A stretch of DNA of 64,000 nt from the human T2T-CHM13v2.0 reference genome, Homo sapiens (GCF_009914755.1 NC_060936.1); one strand, 5' to 3'; positions 46,395 to 63,400 are shown, counted from the first letter of the stretch. The notes: generated by a model not told the origin, from the letters alone. Made by a program: numbers and translations.

Positions 46395-46800
46395 ATATAT
46401 TTATATATAGATATACATAAATATGTAAATATAGATATAAAGATATATCTATATATAATATAAAGATGTATCTTTAGATCTACACATATGTATAAATATA
46501 TATGTGTAGATATACCTATATAGAGTTATATAAAGATATATGTATATGTATATCTTTATAGATATATATCTTTATATCTATGTAAATATATCTTTATATC
46601 GGTATTTACATATCTTTAGATATGTCTAAAAATGTGTTGCTTCAATTTATAAAGATGTATCTTTATTTATAAAGATATACATACATAAAGATGTATCTTT
46701 ACATATATAAAGATATATATAAATATATACATAAAGATGAATTTTTATATATACATAAAGATACACATAAATACACACACATCTTTATGTACATATAAAG
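46395..46800. repeat. AT-rich degenerate array built from TAAAGAT and ATCTTTA units
   Basis: Repeated ATAAAGATAT and its reverse complement ATATCTTTAT embedded in (TA)n. Confidence 0.9.
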
Positions 46801-47155
46801 ATTTTTTAATAAGGAATTGGTCTATATAATTATGAAGGGTGAGAATTATCACAACCTTCATCTGCAAGCTGGACACCCAGGAAAGCCAATGGTATAAGCT
46901 CTAGCCCAACCTCAAAGGCCTGAGAACCAGGAAAGTCAGTGGTATGAGTCCTAGTCTGAGGGCAACGGAAGGCCAATATCCCAGCTCAGACAGTCAGGCA
47001 GAGAGAAAATTCTCCCTTCCTTTGCCTTTTCTATTGTCTTCAATAGATTGGATAATCTCTACACATGTTGGGGATGGCAATATGCTTTACTCAATCTAGA
47101 AGTTCAAATATATTTATATGTGTGTGTGTGTGGCAGGGGATCGTTTTGTTTTTAA

Positions 47156-47470
47156 TTTTTTTTTTTTTTTTTTTTTTTAGAGGCAGGATCTCTCTGTTGC
47201 CCAAATTGAAGTGCAGTGGTACAATTCTGCTCACTGTTGCCTTGAATTCCTGGGCTTAAGTGATCCTTTCTCCTCCTGCCTCAGCCTCTTGATTGGCTAG
47301 GACTACAAGCTTGTGCCACCACACCTGGCTGATTTAAAAATATATATATTTTGTAGACATGGGATCTCACTATGTTGCCCAGGCTGGTCTCAAACTCCTG
47401 ATATCAAGTGATCCTCCCACTCTGGCTTCCTAAAGCACTGGTATTACAGGTGTGACACAGTGCCCAGACC
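47156..47470 (-). mobile_element. AluJ-like, full length
   Basis: Diverged dimeric Alu with T-tail; probable TSD TTCAAATAT (47103-47111, 47475-47483). Confidence 0.9.
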
Positions 47471-48105
47471 TTGATTCAAATATTAAATCTCATTCATAAG
47501 TACCCTCATGACATAATCAGAAAAAATTTTTAACTAAATATCTTTATATCGTGTCAAGTTGACATGTAAAATTAATCATCACATCATTCCAAATAATGTA
47601 TTTCACCTATTGAAAAACTATACTGCCTAGTCTTCCCAAAATACTTTTGTTCTTTTACCCTACTTGGAATTATAGGCTAGAATTTGAGGTGTTTTAAAGA
47701 TATACTCTTATCAAGGACTACCAATTACCAACACTGCAAATCAAATTTGCAATTCTCAGTTCTTATCTTTATGGACTCATTCACAATATATGATATATCC
47801 GTTCACTCAAAACATTTTCCTCTAAGAAATAAATTTTTGGGTAATTTGTTACCACATCATTAATTAGCCTAAGTGATCTGACATGACATACTATATAAAA
47901 TAGTCTCTATTGCCATCTCCCACTGTCTTTACACTACCTTAATTTTTTTCTTAATATTTAGTATTGCATTGAATAATAGACATTTGTATTTATATTTGCT
48001 TGTTTTGCCCTTGTTTGAAGGAATATGAGATCCATTAGGGCAGTGGTATTTTATATTATATTTATTCTGTGCCCACTGGCACATAACAGGTTTTAAGTAC
48101 CTACT

Positions 48106-48185
48106 ATAATTGTGATGTTTGTTGTTGAATATGAAAACAAGTATCTATACATAGTTGTAATGCTTGTTGTTAAATATGAAATCAA
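48106..48185. repeat. Old 45-bp-period tandem duplication
   Basis: ATAATTGTGATGTTTGTTGTTGAATATGAAAACAA versus ATAGTTGTAATGCTTGTTGTTAAATATGAAATCAA. Confidence 0.8.
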
Positions 48186-49279
48186 TGATTTTCAACTTCC
48201 CATTAATATTGTAATAAGCAATTAAATACCACATGTCAAAACTCTGAAACACTGAAATTCTTAAAATACTTTACAATAATTTAAAAATCTTAGTTGAAAC
48301 TGGTTTAGTAATTCAAGAATGTCCATCAGTATTTTAGCAAAATACCTTTAAGCACTTTAGTAATTATCATGTATTTATTTAGTATATATTACCTAATATC
48401 ACATGATAAAATGATGCCACTCTTTTAAGCATATTGTTATTACCAGGGTGGGCAAATGAGAAGTTAAAGAAATATTCTAAAGCTTGATAAGAGTTGTAAC
48501 TCTTCTTTTAAGGACTCCACTGCAAAAGCAAATCATGTAATTAAAGTCATAGTTCAATTGCAGAAATTATGTTAAAGTATACTTTGAAATGTGTATCTCT
48601 CTAGTCATTGCAGGATGTTTAATAATCCACTTACATGTAGAGGTTGTTTTCTACTGAATAGTTATATTAACCTTTCCAGGACACTATTTTATTTTCTTAA
48701 ATTAGACCTAGTTCCTTGAGGCAATGAACATAGTACCTGAATTTCACTAACTAAAATGATGAAAGTATTTTCTCAAAAGAATATAATATTATAAGCAAGG
48801 AAAAGATTGATATTTAAATTTTATTTGAAGTATAAAAATGTTAAAGTGATTAAACTTTGCAAAAATATGCTATATTCACCTTGGTGATTGGCATAAAAAT
48901 ATTTAAATGCAATGAATCTTAATCTTATGACAATTTTTACAAATGAAAGAAAGCTGCCTTATACTTACACAATTATATTTTGTGAAGATGAGATACAGTT
49001 CACTGTACTTTAATATATCTTCTGATGCTCTAATATATGTTTCTACTTGAGATACTGTATTCTGGAATTTCAGAATGATTTCTAGAATGGGTCAGAGCTT
49101 GGAAAATTTATTTCCATATATGGAAAAATAACCTAGATTCATCTGTATGGGAATCATATCACAGAAGAACATTTATGTTTTAATAAAAAAGAGTGACCTA
49201 AAACACTGACATAGATGTGAAAAATGCTATCCTTGGATATTGGAAGAACTCCAGATATAGGCAAGAAAAGAATCTTAAG

Positions 49280-49840
49280 AAATAATAATTACATATATCT
49301 ATGGGATATGGTGTGATGTTTTAATATGTATTGTGGAAAGGTTAAATTAAGCTTATTAACATATTCACCACCTCATATGCTTATTTTTTGTGGTGAGAAC
49401 ATTTTAAATCTACTCTCTTAGCAATTCTCAAATATACATTATTTTTAACTATAGTTGCCATGCTATGCTTTAGATCTCCAAAGCTTATTCTTCCTGTATA
49501 AATGAAATGTTATACCCTTTAATCAACATCTCCTCATTCCCACTCTATTCCATATTCAGCCCCTGGTAACCACCATTCTACTCTCTGCTTATTTGGGTTT
49601 GATTATTTTAGATTCCATATGTAAGTGAGATCATACAGTATTTGCCTTTCTGTGCTTGGTTTATTTCACTTAGCAGAATGTCCTCCAGATTTATCCATGT
49701 TGTCTCAAATAACAGGACTTCCTTCTGTTTTATGGCTGAATAATATTTCATCATGCATATATACCACATTTTCTTTAGCCATTCATCCATTGGTGGACAC
49801 TAAGGCTGATTCCATTTCTTGGCTATTGTAAATAATGCAA
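49280..49840 (-). mobile_element. L1MA-type 3' end
   Basis: Antisense ORF2 end MDEWLKKMWYI..TWINLEDILLSEINQAQK plus 3'UTR. Confidence 0.88.
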
Positions 49841-49849
49841 ATGATTTTT

Positions 49850-50257
49850 CATAGGTATTGGAGGGAGTTTTCTCTTGGGAGCTTCTTATTGGTAATATCT
49901 GTGGCTTAAGTGCTTTTCCTAATCTGGTTCTCAATGATGTTTTTACTTAGACGCAGAAGGAATGGAAAGGGGCTAATTCTTCATATGATAAAGGAACATT
50001 AGTCACTCATGTTACCTGGAAGAGGGCAATGCTTCATCATTTCGGTGGTTGGGACAATGTTGTTTATATCTGTGGTTTAATTTTTGCTCAAATAAGATTA
50101 TGAAACCATGCTGCTTTTTTAGTCCATTAGTCAACCATGATCACAGAGTGACCCTATTTTACATTGATCTTTTGTGAAAATATGTAGTTTTATTCATTTG
50201 GAAAAGCCCATGGTCTAGTTGTTAGCACATGAGTTGAAGGCTACTTTTTCTATCTCA
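49850..50257 (-). mobile_element. Possible old LTR (MER76-like)
   Basis: Reverse complement begins TGAGATAGAAAAAGTAGCC; tentative recall only. Confidence 0.3.
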
Positions 50258-50994
50258 GTCTTTTAGTCAATTCTAAACATAAAATGAAAGATTATATTTT
50301 TATTATTATTACTCCTGATGTATTTTGGTCAATACAGTAACTGCCAGAAAGCTCATGTCATTTACATTAAAAGTTCAGTTTTATAATCTTAATTATTTTA
50401 CTTTTCGGAATCTAAAAATAATATTTAGACTTAAGTATTTCTCCACCACTTGATATAGGACTTTCTATTTTTTCTTTATGATGCATTATTGAAGACCTCA
50501 CCTTATCATTGAACTTCAAAGACTGAAGCTGAATAGAAATATACTAGAATTCCTGAGCAAGTTAACATAATTTTTTGTTTTCTCACCCATAAAATGAGGG
50601 GAATCATGCATATGCCACAATTGTAGGTAATTTGAGTTTATTTTTGACATTAGATGGTTTATAACTGACATTCTTCTTCATTAAAACTTTCAAAAGCTCA
50701 ATAGTCTTGATATTCTTCTGAACTCTTCTTTATTTAAAAATAATGTAGGAATTGTCTCTCTTAAATGCACTGACAACATTTTTAACAAGTTACAATCATT
50801 ACTTTTCAGTGCATTAGAAATAATGAATAGCTGTCCTTTGAGGTCCAACTGTTATTTCTTGAATTAGATATCCTAATTAGTGGACACCTCTAAAAATAAA
50901 AAAAAAAATCTTACTTTCATTAAATTCCCTGCTATATTTTAAGACATCATTAAGTTTGGTGTGCAAAAGAATATCTTGAAATTTGAAGTAATGT

Positions 50995-53140
<2,146 letters not shown>

Positions 53141-55983
53141 TCACATTTCTCCTTCCATATTTTGCCATTGTCTTATCTCTTTACAAATTTTGGTTAAATA
53201 AACAGTGTTATTAGTTTTATTTATTGTGTGTCTCAATGATGGTAGTATACTTAAGCACATTAGTTTAAATAGGTGTCAAAATTAGATTTTTATTAAAAAT
53301 ACTGGTATGTTTCATCTTTTAATCTCTTACTCTATTTTACTATTCAATACAACTTCTCTAGGTGAAATCTATTTCCTTTGTGCTTTAATAATTTTTGTGC
53401 ACTCTTCTAACATAAATCTTATGAAGTATGGGATCCTTAAGGAAAAATTATCTATACCCATAATGTTACATGACTCTTTACCTAACATAGGTATTCAATC
53501 AATTTTTATTGAATAATTTTAATGAACAAAACACTTATTCACCTAATTTTGAGTAACATGATGTATTCCCAGTTCAAACTTACTGTTTGAACACAATTGT
53601 TTTCAGTAAATATTAATGAATATATGAATAAATAAATAAACTCCCAATTCTATTCTCTTTTACCAAATCTAAGTCAAAATAACCATTTTATGTTTTCTTC
53701 AGCTCATCACATTTATTTCTCTGACTTTTCTCTTAGTTAGACGTGTATTCTCCTAGTACAGGAAAATATTTCTGTAAGAGAAATGTTGATGAAATCTCCT
53801 TATGCTTATGCTCATTAGGTCCCTCATTTTTATTTTTTTATATTTAAAGTAGAAGCCAAGAGTTTTTAAAATTATCTTCAAGAATTTAAATGGGAAAAAA
53901 CTAAAAGTTACACTAATTTTATGTAGCACACTTTTTTTCATTTAATAGTTTTTTTTAATTGTGAAGGTAAAGGAGATTTTTTTTCTCTGTATTTGTATTT
54001 TTACTCAACAAAATTATTGGTACTAATGGATAAAGACTAACTCAAATTGAAAATATTTTTCTAAAATATTTATATTCAAAACTAGTCACTAATGTTAGTA
54101 TTATTTGTCTGTATTGTGATTTTTACCTGTATGTAAGAAATTTAGTTAAGAGAAAGAAGGCTTGAATATATACTGAGGTGTAATTACACTGAAAGTTTCT
54201 GCTTTTTACCAGTACATTTGATTTATACAAACAAGGACTAATGGATTTCATGGTGATATTTCCTTTGGCGAGGCAGACACAGTTGATATTCTTACCAGAC
54301 TCAGTAACGGAAATTTCTTGTAGTTGAAACATATTTCTTTAGAGACAGAGATTTTCAAATTGTGTCTGACTGGACCAATACTTGGAAAAATAGAGGGCTT
54401 GCTCCTACAGAAACTATTAAGAAAAGAAACATTTCACTTTGTTTCTGGTTTTTATTTATAGCCACCATACTTCTTTCGTTGTTTACATTTTGTGGATTTT
54501 CTCATAGTACGTTTTCTAAATACTGTAGGCTGCTTACATGTTTATTCGTCAGCCTTGAAAACTATAAAATGCAAATTTTATTTTTTCTTAAAGGATTGGT
54601 CTTATTGCTGTATAGAAATCTGTCATAGACACGGCGTCTGGGGTCTGTAGAAGAGTTCATTTAGAAAGCGTCTTATTCCATGTCTTGGTTATGCACAGTA
54701 TTCCAACACAATGTCCTTTTCCATGTCAAGCAGTTATTTTTTCTTAAGCTTTGTCAGTGTAAAAGTATAACAAATTATTATTTTATTTTTAACAGAAATT
54801 ATGTCACGCTTGTAAAAACTAGTAAGGCAGTAATGTAACATAATGGGGCCAAGATCATATCTGGCTTTCTGCTTTGAAGATCTAGCTTAAGAACTCTTTT
54901 TTGATTTGCCCAGAGATGACGTGTTCCTGAAGTAATGACTCATACTAATGAAAAAAAAAATACACCAGACTACACATGTATTCATGTCCAGTAACACTAC
55001 TATCAAACAAAATGCAAATTTTCCAGTTCAGAAAAACCAAAGTCTAGTGAAACAAGAAATGTTCTGCCCTACACAGACCTAGGTAGGGGAAAGCAAAAAC
55101 ATAATTGGGACTAACTTAGAATAACCTGTTGCACAGGCCAGAAGCCTATAATTACACACTAGCAAGGTTTACTCTTCAGGCAGAATGAAATTGGAATACA
55201 ACTTGATAAACAAAGAATCATTATGAGAGAAGTTAGAAGGGTTAAATGTTAAGTGACATAACCATCTCACCACAGAAGCAGCCATACAAACTCAAAAGCT
55301 TCTGCAGCCACTCTGAAAATTAAAAAAATTAATATTTCAAATGATCAGCTGTAAAGCAGTAGGGTATGTTTGATAATCCTACAAGGTAGAGAGTATTTGG
55401 AGTATTCAGAAACCTTGCAGGCCTAAGAAAATCCATCTTTGGAACCATGATCAATATCCATTATCCCCCAAAGTATTCAAACAAAAGGAGAAAACAATAA
55501 GTTTCAAAACTTTTTGCAAGAACAAACAAATCCATCCACCAGACTACATTATACTAGTAGGTATAAGTTTGCATCTTTGCCATACAAACATTTGGAATTA
55601 GACATTTAAGGTTTCTTGAGTGTACTAATACTAGCTATAACTAATAACTCTAACCATAGTTATCTTAAAATAATCAGTTGACAGTCTTACTTTTTGCCTA
55701 GGTAGGGTCTCTGTCTGGTAATTTTTATATCCTTGTTTTGACCTCTATGAAATACATTTATTTTGGAGTTTAACTCAATAAATATTTTAAATTAATCAAT
55801 TAATTAATATTTTTCAAAATTTGTGGGGAGTATCTCACTCTAATTCTCAGATCTTCAAATAAGACACACAACACAATATAGTCAAACCATATTTTTGTAG
55901 TATTTTATTAGGTTGGTGCAAAAGTAAATGTGATTTTGGACTGTGAATTTTAAATCATTATAACTAGGCTCAACACATCTTTA

Positions 55984-57320
<1,337 letters not shown>

Positions 57321-58310
57321 AGTCTAAAATAAATATAAAATAAACAGCAAGTAATAAGTCATTAGCAAACAAAAGTGAAAATGTGCATTAAAATGATGTA
57401 TAACATAACCACATTTATTTAAGAATGTATTCCAATATCAAATGGCAAATTCCAGCAATGCAAAACTGCAATTATGTTTGCACCAACCTAATAAACAATG
57501 TCCTCCTATTCTGTTACATAATAGATAAGTGTTTATAAGTAGGACTTCAGATGGTCTTTTTTGTTTCATCTCTAATATTCAAAAATCTTGGGCCTCAAAA
57601 AAGCTTAGAAAATAATGTGGAAACATTTGTGTAGACTGGAGATGAAAAAATAACTTGCTAGATAGGGAAATGATTGACATAACATTTATATGTTGTTTAA
57701 ATCCTAGTAAGATTCACCTGCAACTTACTTCAAAAATACTTTGCAATCAAATTTTCTTACTGTAATAGAACAAAGAAATAAAATAAAATCCCACAGACAA
57801 CCATCTAGAAAACCAAAGCTTCATTTAAAGTTTATAACTTATGTATTATTAGTATGAACACTGGTAAAACAGCACCCACTGGTGTAAATTTATTTAAATT
57901 AGGAATATATTTTTGACAGCTCCCATAGTTTCTTTAATCCCTTGTTTATCAAGGGCCTACTGGACAATAATGACTGTACTAAAGTCATACTCCTTAAATT
58001 ATTAAGTGATGCACCTATAGTCTCTCAAAAAATACCTTATACTGATGATAAAGTGCCATTTAAGATGAACTCATAATAATTGTTATTAACACAAGCGTGA
58101 TACATACTATTAGAATATTAAATATTTAATGAATAAATAAATATTAAATTACATATTTAGGGCATTGGTAAAATATTTTAATGAATTATAATATGTAGTG
58201 CTAAAATTTCTGGCACTGTGCCAAATGGCTAAAGTTTTACTATTTAAGATATACAACCTTCCTGAAACAATTGCCAGTTCTCAGTGAATGACTCTTAAAA
58301 TAATTTGGTG

Positions 58311-59289
58311 CAAGGAAAAAATTAACTCCCTCTGCAGACCAGTAACACGCTCTGAAATTGAATCAGTAAAAAATAGTCTACCAAAAAAGGCCTAGGACAA
58401 GCAGGATTCATAGCTGAATTCTAGCAGATATATGAAGAAGAGCTGGTCCCTTTTCTACGAAATCTATTCCAAAAAATTGATGAGCAGAGACTACTCCTCA
58501 GCTCATCCTATGAGGCCAGCATCATACTGATACCAAAGTCTGGCAGAGACACAACAACAACAACAAAAAGTTCATGCCAATATTTTTTATGAACATTGAT
58601 GCAAAAAATCCTCAACAAAATGCTGGCAAACTGACTCCAGCAGCACCTCATGAAGCTAATCCACCACAACCACTTAGACTTTATCCCTTCAATACAAGGT
58701 TAGTTTAACATGTGCAACTCAGCAAATGTGATTTATCACATAAAACTAAAGAAAAAATCCACATGATTATTTCAATAGATGCACAAAATGCTTTCAATGA
58801 AATTCAACACTGCTTCATGTTAAAAACTCTCAATAAGCTAGTTATTAAAAGAACATACCTCAAAATCGTAAGAGCCATCTATGACACACCCACAGCCAAC
58901 ATACTGAAGGACAAAAGCTGGAAGCATTCCCCTTGAAAACCAGCACAAAACAAGGATGCCCTCTCTCACAACTTCTATTCAACATAGTATTAGAAGCCCT
59001 GGCCAGAAAAATTAGGCAAGACAGAATACAACAACAATCAGAATAAAATAAAGAGCACCCAAATAGAAAGGGAGGAAGTCAAGCTATCCCGGTTTGCAGA
59101 TGACATGACCCTATATTTAGAAAATCCTATAGTCTCAGCCCAAAAGGTCCTTAAGCTGATAAACAACTAAAACAAAGTCTCAGGATAAAAAATTAACGTG
59201 CAAAAATTATTGGCACTCCTATAAACCAACAGTCAAACTGAAGGAATGCAATCCCATTCACAATTGCCACACAAAAAATAAAATACCTC
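58311..59289 (+). mobile_element. Older L1P ORF2 (RT) fragment, cut at an LTR
   Basis: [42 protein letters not shown]; ends at AAAATAAAATACCT. Confidence 0.9.
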
Positions 59290-59725
59290 ATATATTAGAG
59301 TTTTTTAGAGAAAGAGAACTAACATATATACATAGAGAGAGAGTTTATTAAGGAGTATTCAACTCACATGATCACAAGGTCAAACAATAGGTCATCCGCA
59401 AGCTGAGGAGCAAGGAAACCAGTCTGAGTCCCAAAGCTGAAGAACTTGAAGTCCAATGTTTGAGGGCAGGAAGCATCCAGCACAGGGGAAAATATGTAGC
59501 CTGGAAGGCTAAGCCAGTCTAGTTTTTTCACGTTCTTCTGCCTGCTTTATATTCTAGCCTTGCTGGCAGCTGATTATGCCCACCCAGATTAAGGGTGGGT
59601 CTGCCTTTCCTAGCCCACTGACTCAAATGTTAATCTCCTTTGGCAACACCCTCACAGACACACCCAGTATCAATACTGTGCATCCTTCAATCCAATTAAG
59701 TTGACACGCAGCCTTAATCATCACA
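59290..59725 (-). mobile_element. MLT2A (HERV-L) 3' LTR
   Basis: GCAAGCTGAGGAGCAAGG..GAGTCCCAAAGCTGAAGAACTTG..; ends TTAATCATCACA, next to a PPT-like AGTCGACCCCTT. Confidence 0.92.
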
Positions 59726-60436
59726 AGTCGACCCCTTGTCAACTTGAACCCATACACATCTCCTGAGATCGGACATAATCTTCAAATAAAGACAATAATA
59801 AGGTCAAAATTATGCCTAATGTAATACAACTATCCTTTGTACAACTGGAAATGCACCAATCCCCAAGCCAAATGCTATTACATAGAGTTAATAACACTTA
59901 AATGCTGATATGAAGTCAATAAATCTTATGTCACATGATGAAGGAAAAAGGAAATACAATGAGGTATTTTCTTAGTACAAGTGTATACATGCACAAACAT
60001 GTTTTTAACAAAAGAAGGAGGAAATACTCATGACAATTACAGTCCCCGTTTCTGCATTTGGTCATGTGGTCATAGCTAGTATTGATGACTACCTTCCTCT
60101 ACTACCCCTTCTGTATTCCCTTTTTCTTCAGCAAGCACCTCAGCAGGTTGTGGGTTTTTTTCCTGGTAGAGTGACCTAAACCTTCATTCCTGAAGGGCCT
60201 GGGTCATTTATAGCCCTGCCTGGACTGAGCTGTTGCAGTTCCCCATTGACCTTAACCACAGGGCATGGCAATACTAAGAGACACCCCAAGGGATCTACTG
60301 TATTCCATGCATAGTCTTCCATACCTTTATTGTGGAATCATAGACTGATTTCATCTTGATAGTGTGGTCAATCACCCCAACCAACACTGTAACTCCCTTC
60401 TTAGCCTGTTGACTTAAGGGTAGGAGAAGCCCAAAG
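59726..60436 (-). mobile_element. HERV-L internal 3' end with dUTPase remnant
   Basis: Antisense reads FGLLLPLSQQAKKGVTVLVGVID..YQDEISL (dUTPase motif III region) at ~60340-60436, then leads to the PPT and LTR. Confidence 0.88.
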
Positions 60437-63400
60437 GGTAAAAGTTATTTTCCTTCAGCACTTTAAACATGTCATGTCACTCTCTACTGACCTGTAAGGT
60501 TTCCACTGGAAAGTCTGCTTTTATTTGTTTCTTTCCTCTTGCTGCTTTTAGAATTCTTTCTTTAATCTTGACCTTTGGGAGTTTTATTATTACATGCCTT
60601 GAGGTAGTCTTCTTTGGGTTAAATCGGCTTGGTGTTCTATAACCTTCTTGTACTTAGATTTAGATCTTTCTCTTCTTTCCTTTGTCTCCTCTGACTGTAT
60701 TTTCAAATAGCCTGTCTTTAAGCTCACTAATTCTTCCCTCTCCTTGAGTAATTCTGCTATTAAGGGACCCTGCTGTATCCTTCAGTATGTCAATTGCATT
60801 TTTCAACTCTAGAATTTATTATTCTTTTTAATTATTTAAGTTTATTTGTTACATTTATCTGATAGGACTTTGAATCACTTCTCTGTGTTATCTTAAATTT
60901 CTTTGAGTTTCTTCAAAATAGCCATTTTGAGTTCTCTGTCTGAGAAGTCACATATCTCTGTCTCTCTGAGATTGGTCCCTGGTGCCTTATTTAGTTCATT
61001 TGGTGAGGTGATGTTTTCCTGGATGATCTTGATGCTTGTGGATATTTGTTGATATCCGGGCATTGTAAAGTTAGGTCTGTATTGTAGTCTTCACAGTCTG
61101 GGCATGTTTATGCCTGTCGTTGGTATGGCTTTCCAGGTATTTGAAGAGACTTAGATGTTGTGATGTAAGTTTTTGGTCACTGCAGCTGTACCTGCATTAG
61201 GGGGCGCCCCAAGCCCAGTAACACTTTGGCTCATGCAGACTCATATAGGTATGGTCTTAATGGTCTCGGACAAGTTCCAGAAGAACACTCTGGATTACCA
61301 GGCAAAGACCCTTTTTCCCTTTCCTTACTCTCTCCCAAACAAAAGAGTCTCTCTCTCTCTCTCTCTCTCTGTCTGCTGAGGTGCCCAGAGCTCTGGGAGG
61401 TGTGACACAAGCACCCGTGTGGCTATCACACTTGGAACTGTACTGCATCAGACCTGAAGCCAGCACAGCACTGGGTCTCACCCAAGGCTCACTATAACCA
61501 ATACCTAGCTACCTCCTAGGAGTGCTTAAGGCCCCAGGGCTCTACCGTCTACAGATGGCAAAGCTAGCTCGACTTGTGTCCTTCCCTTCATGGCAGTAAG
61601 TTCCCTCAGTCCCTGGATGAGACCAAAGATTTCACCCAGGAGCCGGGGCCTGGAGTCAGAAATCTTAGAAATCTACATCTTTTCCACTTCTGCTGAGCTG
61701 GCACCCAGAGGAGAACAAGTTTTTCCCACTCTTTCTTCCCCTTGCCTCAGGCAGAGGAGTCTCTTCCCATGTCAACCATTACCACAGGCCCACAGTGGGT
61801 ACTGCCAGGCAACCACCAGTGCTCACAGTGTTCACTTAAGGCCCAAGGGCTTCTCAGTCAGCTTATGGTGAATGCTGTCCAGCCTGGAACTCGCCCTTTA
61901 GAGCAGTGGGCTCCCCTCTAGCCCAGAGTAGGTCCAGAAATCACATCAAAGAACCAAGGCCTGGAATTTGGGACCCCAAGTGCCCACCTGGCACTCTATC
62001 CACGTGGCTGAGCTGGTGCCTAAGCTGCAAAGACAAAGTCACCTTTACTCTTCCCTTTGCTTTTCTCAAGCAAAAGGAATTTTTGCTTATAGCCACCACA
62101 GATGTGAATGTGCTGGGTCACCCCTGAAGCCATCACATCTAAGATTCATACCTAAGGCCTATGATATGTACTACCTGGCTACTGCTGCTGATTATTCAGA
62201 GTCTGAAGGGAAGGACACAAGTCGAGCTCACTTTGCCATCTGTAGACGGTAGAGCCCTGGGGCCTTAAGCGCTCCTAGGAGGTAGCTAGGTATTGGTTAT
62301 AGTGAGCCTTGGGTGAGACTCAGTGCTGTGCTGGCTTCAGGTCTGAAGCAGCACAGTTCCAAGTGTGGTAGCCACACGGGTGCTTGTGTCATACCTCCCA
62401 GAGCTCCGGGCAGCTCAGCAGACAGAGAGAGAGAGAGAGAGAGAGAGACTCTTTTGTATGGGAGAGAGTAAGGAAAGGGAAAAAGAGTCTTTGCCTGGTA
62501 ATCCAGAGTATTCTTCCGGAGCTTAGACTTCAGTCAGCAAGTGATGAATCCTGCCAGGACTGGATTTCCCTTCAAGGCAGTGGGTTCCCTTCTGGCTCAG
62601 GGTGTATCTAGAAATGTTGTATAGTAGCTATGGCCTAGAATGGGGGCCTCATGACTCTGCCTGGTGCCCTATCCTACTGTGGCTGAGCTGGTATCCAAGT
62701 TGCAAGATAAAGTCCTCTTTACTCTCCCATCTCCTCTCCTCAAGCAAAGGGAAGAGGTCTCTTTCAGAGATGCAAGCAGTGCTGCCTGGTGTTGGCGATG
62801 GAGCAGATGGCAAAGCTAGCTAGGCTCATGTCCTTCCCTTATAGGCAGCGAGCACTGATTTAGTCACCGTGGCTTGTGTCTTACTAGACTGTGTGCCTCC
62901 CAAGGCCACTGACTTAGAGCCCAGTACAGCAATAGGACTTGCATAAAAATTGCTGTCCTTGTGTCCTAGACTGCTGTTCAAGTTTATTTAGGACCTCAAT
63001 GCACTTTAGCCCTTGGTGGTAAGGCTTGCTGAAACTCAGGTTCCAGCCACTGGGATGGGCAGTTCTTCTCTGGTTTGTCTAAATGCTCCCTCTGTGGGCA
63101 TCAGTGGAGCTCTGCTCAGTGTTGGCAGCACTGTGTTCCAATGCAAAGCGCCATAATTGCTGTGCTCTCCCTCCACCAAGTGTACAGATTATCTCTTCAA
63201 GACAGGTGACTGCTGCTGAGGAATGGAAGATGGATGGCATCAGAATTCAAGACTCTTTTACCCAACCTCTTTAGTTCCTCTTTCAGCAATATGAAGTTAA
63301 AATCAGATACTGTGATCGCTCACCTGCTTTTTTTAATTCCTATGAAGGTGCGTTTTTGTGTAGATAGCTGTTAAATTGGTGTTCCTGTGGGGAGGATGAT

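Larger units (their letters stand above)
46355..47583 (-). mobile_element. MLT2 (B/C-type) solo LTR containing an AT-rich expansion and an Alu
   Basis: TGTATTAGTC...AAAATTAATCATCACA; 5-bp TSD TCACT/TCATT (46350-46354, 47584-47588). Confidence 0.88.

Noticed and set aside
53572-53592. GTTCAAAC-TTACT-GTTTGAAC hairpin
   Set aside because: An 8-bp stem is expected by chance in 64 kb of AT-rich DNA.
62803-62845. Third copy of CAGATGGCAAAGCTAGCT..TGTCCTTCCCTT
   Set aside because: More diverged direct copy; fits the native internal repeats of old L1 5'UTRs rather than the inverted duplication.
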